Positions 63,940-64,000 of a DNA stretch of 64,000 nucleotides are shown here, piece after piece. The notes under the pieces are model-generated. The model made no database searches. It was not told where the DNA came from and saw only the letters and a list, made by a program, of their open reading frames with translations. The stretch lies in IMG/VR virus record IMGVR_UViG_3300027759_000044. One strand, given 5' to 3'. How positions within the stretch are numbered: position 1 is the stretch's first letter; each line of letters starts with the position of its first letter. Source of the stretch: a virus (Duplodnaviria > Caudoviricetes). Position numbers and translations under genes: made by a program.

Positions 63940-64000
63940 ATGGCATTAACATCTCCAGGCGTAGAAGTAACGATCATTGACCAGAGTCAATATCTTCCAG
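63940..64000 (+). CDS. Tail sheath protein, N-terminus (runs out of the window)
   Basis: MALTSPGVEVTIIDQSQYLP matches the typical sheath start; late promoter 63880 and AAGGA RBS. Confidence 0.75.
   Translation, partial: MALTSPGVEVTIIDQSQYLP

Noticed and set aside
1-64000. Stop-codon reassignment, introns or inteins in core genes
   Set aside because: Terminase, ThyA, UvsX, helicases and primase read as intact, normal-length ORFs in the standard code, and all three stop codons are used.

Overview
A 64 kb, AT-rich, densely coding segment of a large lytic T4-like (probably jumbo-type) myophage. Recognisable core genes: terminase large subunit, gp32-like SSB, UvsX/UvsY/UvsW, primase, gp41-like helicase, gp13/gp14/gp15-like neck genes, the start of the tail sheath, ThyA, dNMP kinase, MazG and NUDIX. 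A spanin pair, a T4 T-like holin and a porin indicate a Gram-negative host; a betaproteobacterial host is an inference from the porin and the DUF4214-like protein. Two promoter classes recur: sigma70 TTGACA-17-TAnAAT and T4-late-like ATAAATA. The main accessory content is: (1) a translationally coupled amino-acid symporter / holin-like / micropeptide / aspartate racemase operon, followed by a DUF4214-like gene and a porin; (2) a mosaic array of four Ig-FN3-glycine-rich paralogues; (3) a 187-aa miniature DnaE-like protein beside a DEDDh exonuclease; (4) an amino-sugar / radical-SAM cluster after thyA; (5) a family of tiny paralogues with a shared C-terminal motif; (6) proteins with T4 capsid-targeting-like N-termini; (7) hairpins that place late promoters in the 5' arm or loop and mask the downstream ribosome-binding site or start codon. 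No tRNA, rRNA, CRISPR array, integrase or reverse transcriptase was seen. All family calls come from visual motif recognition; no searches were run.
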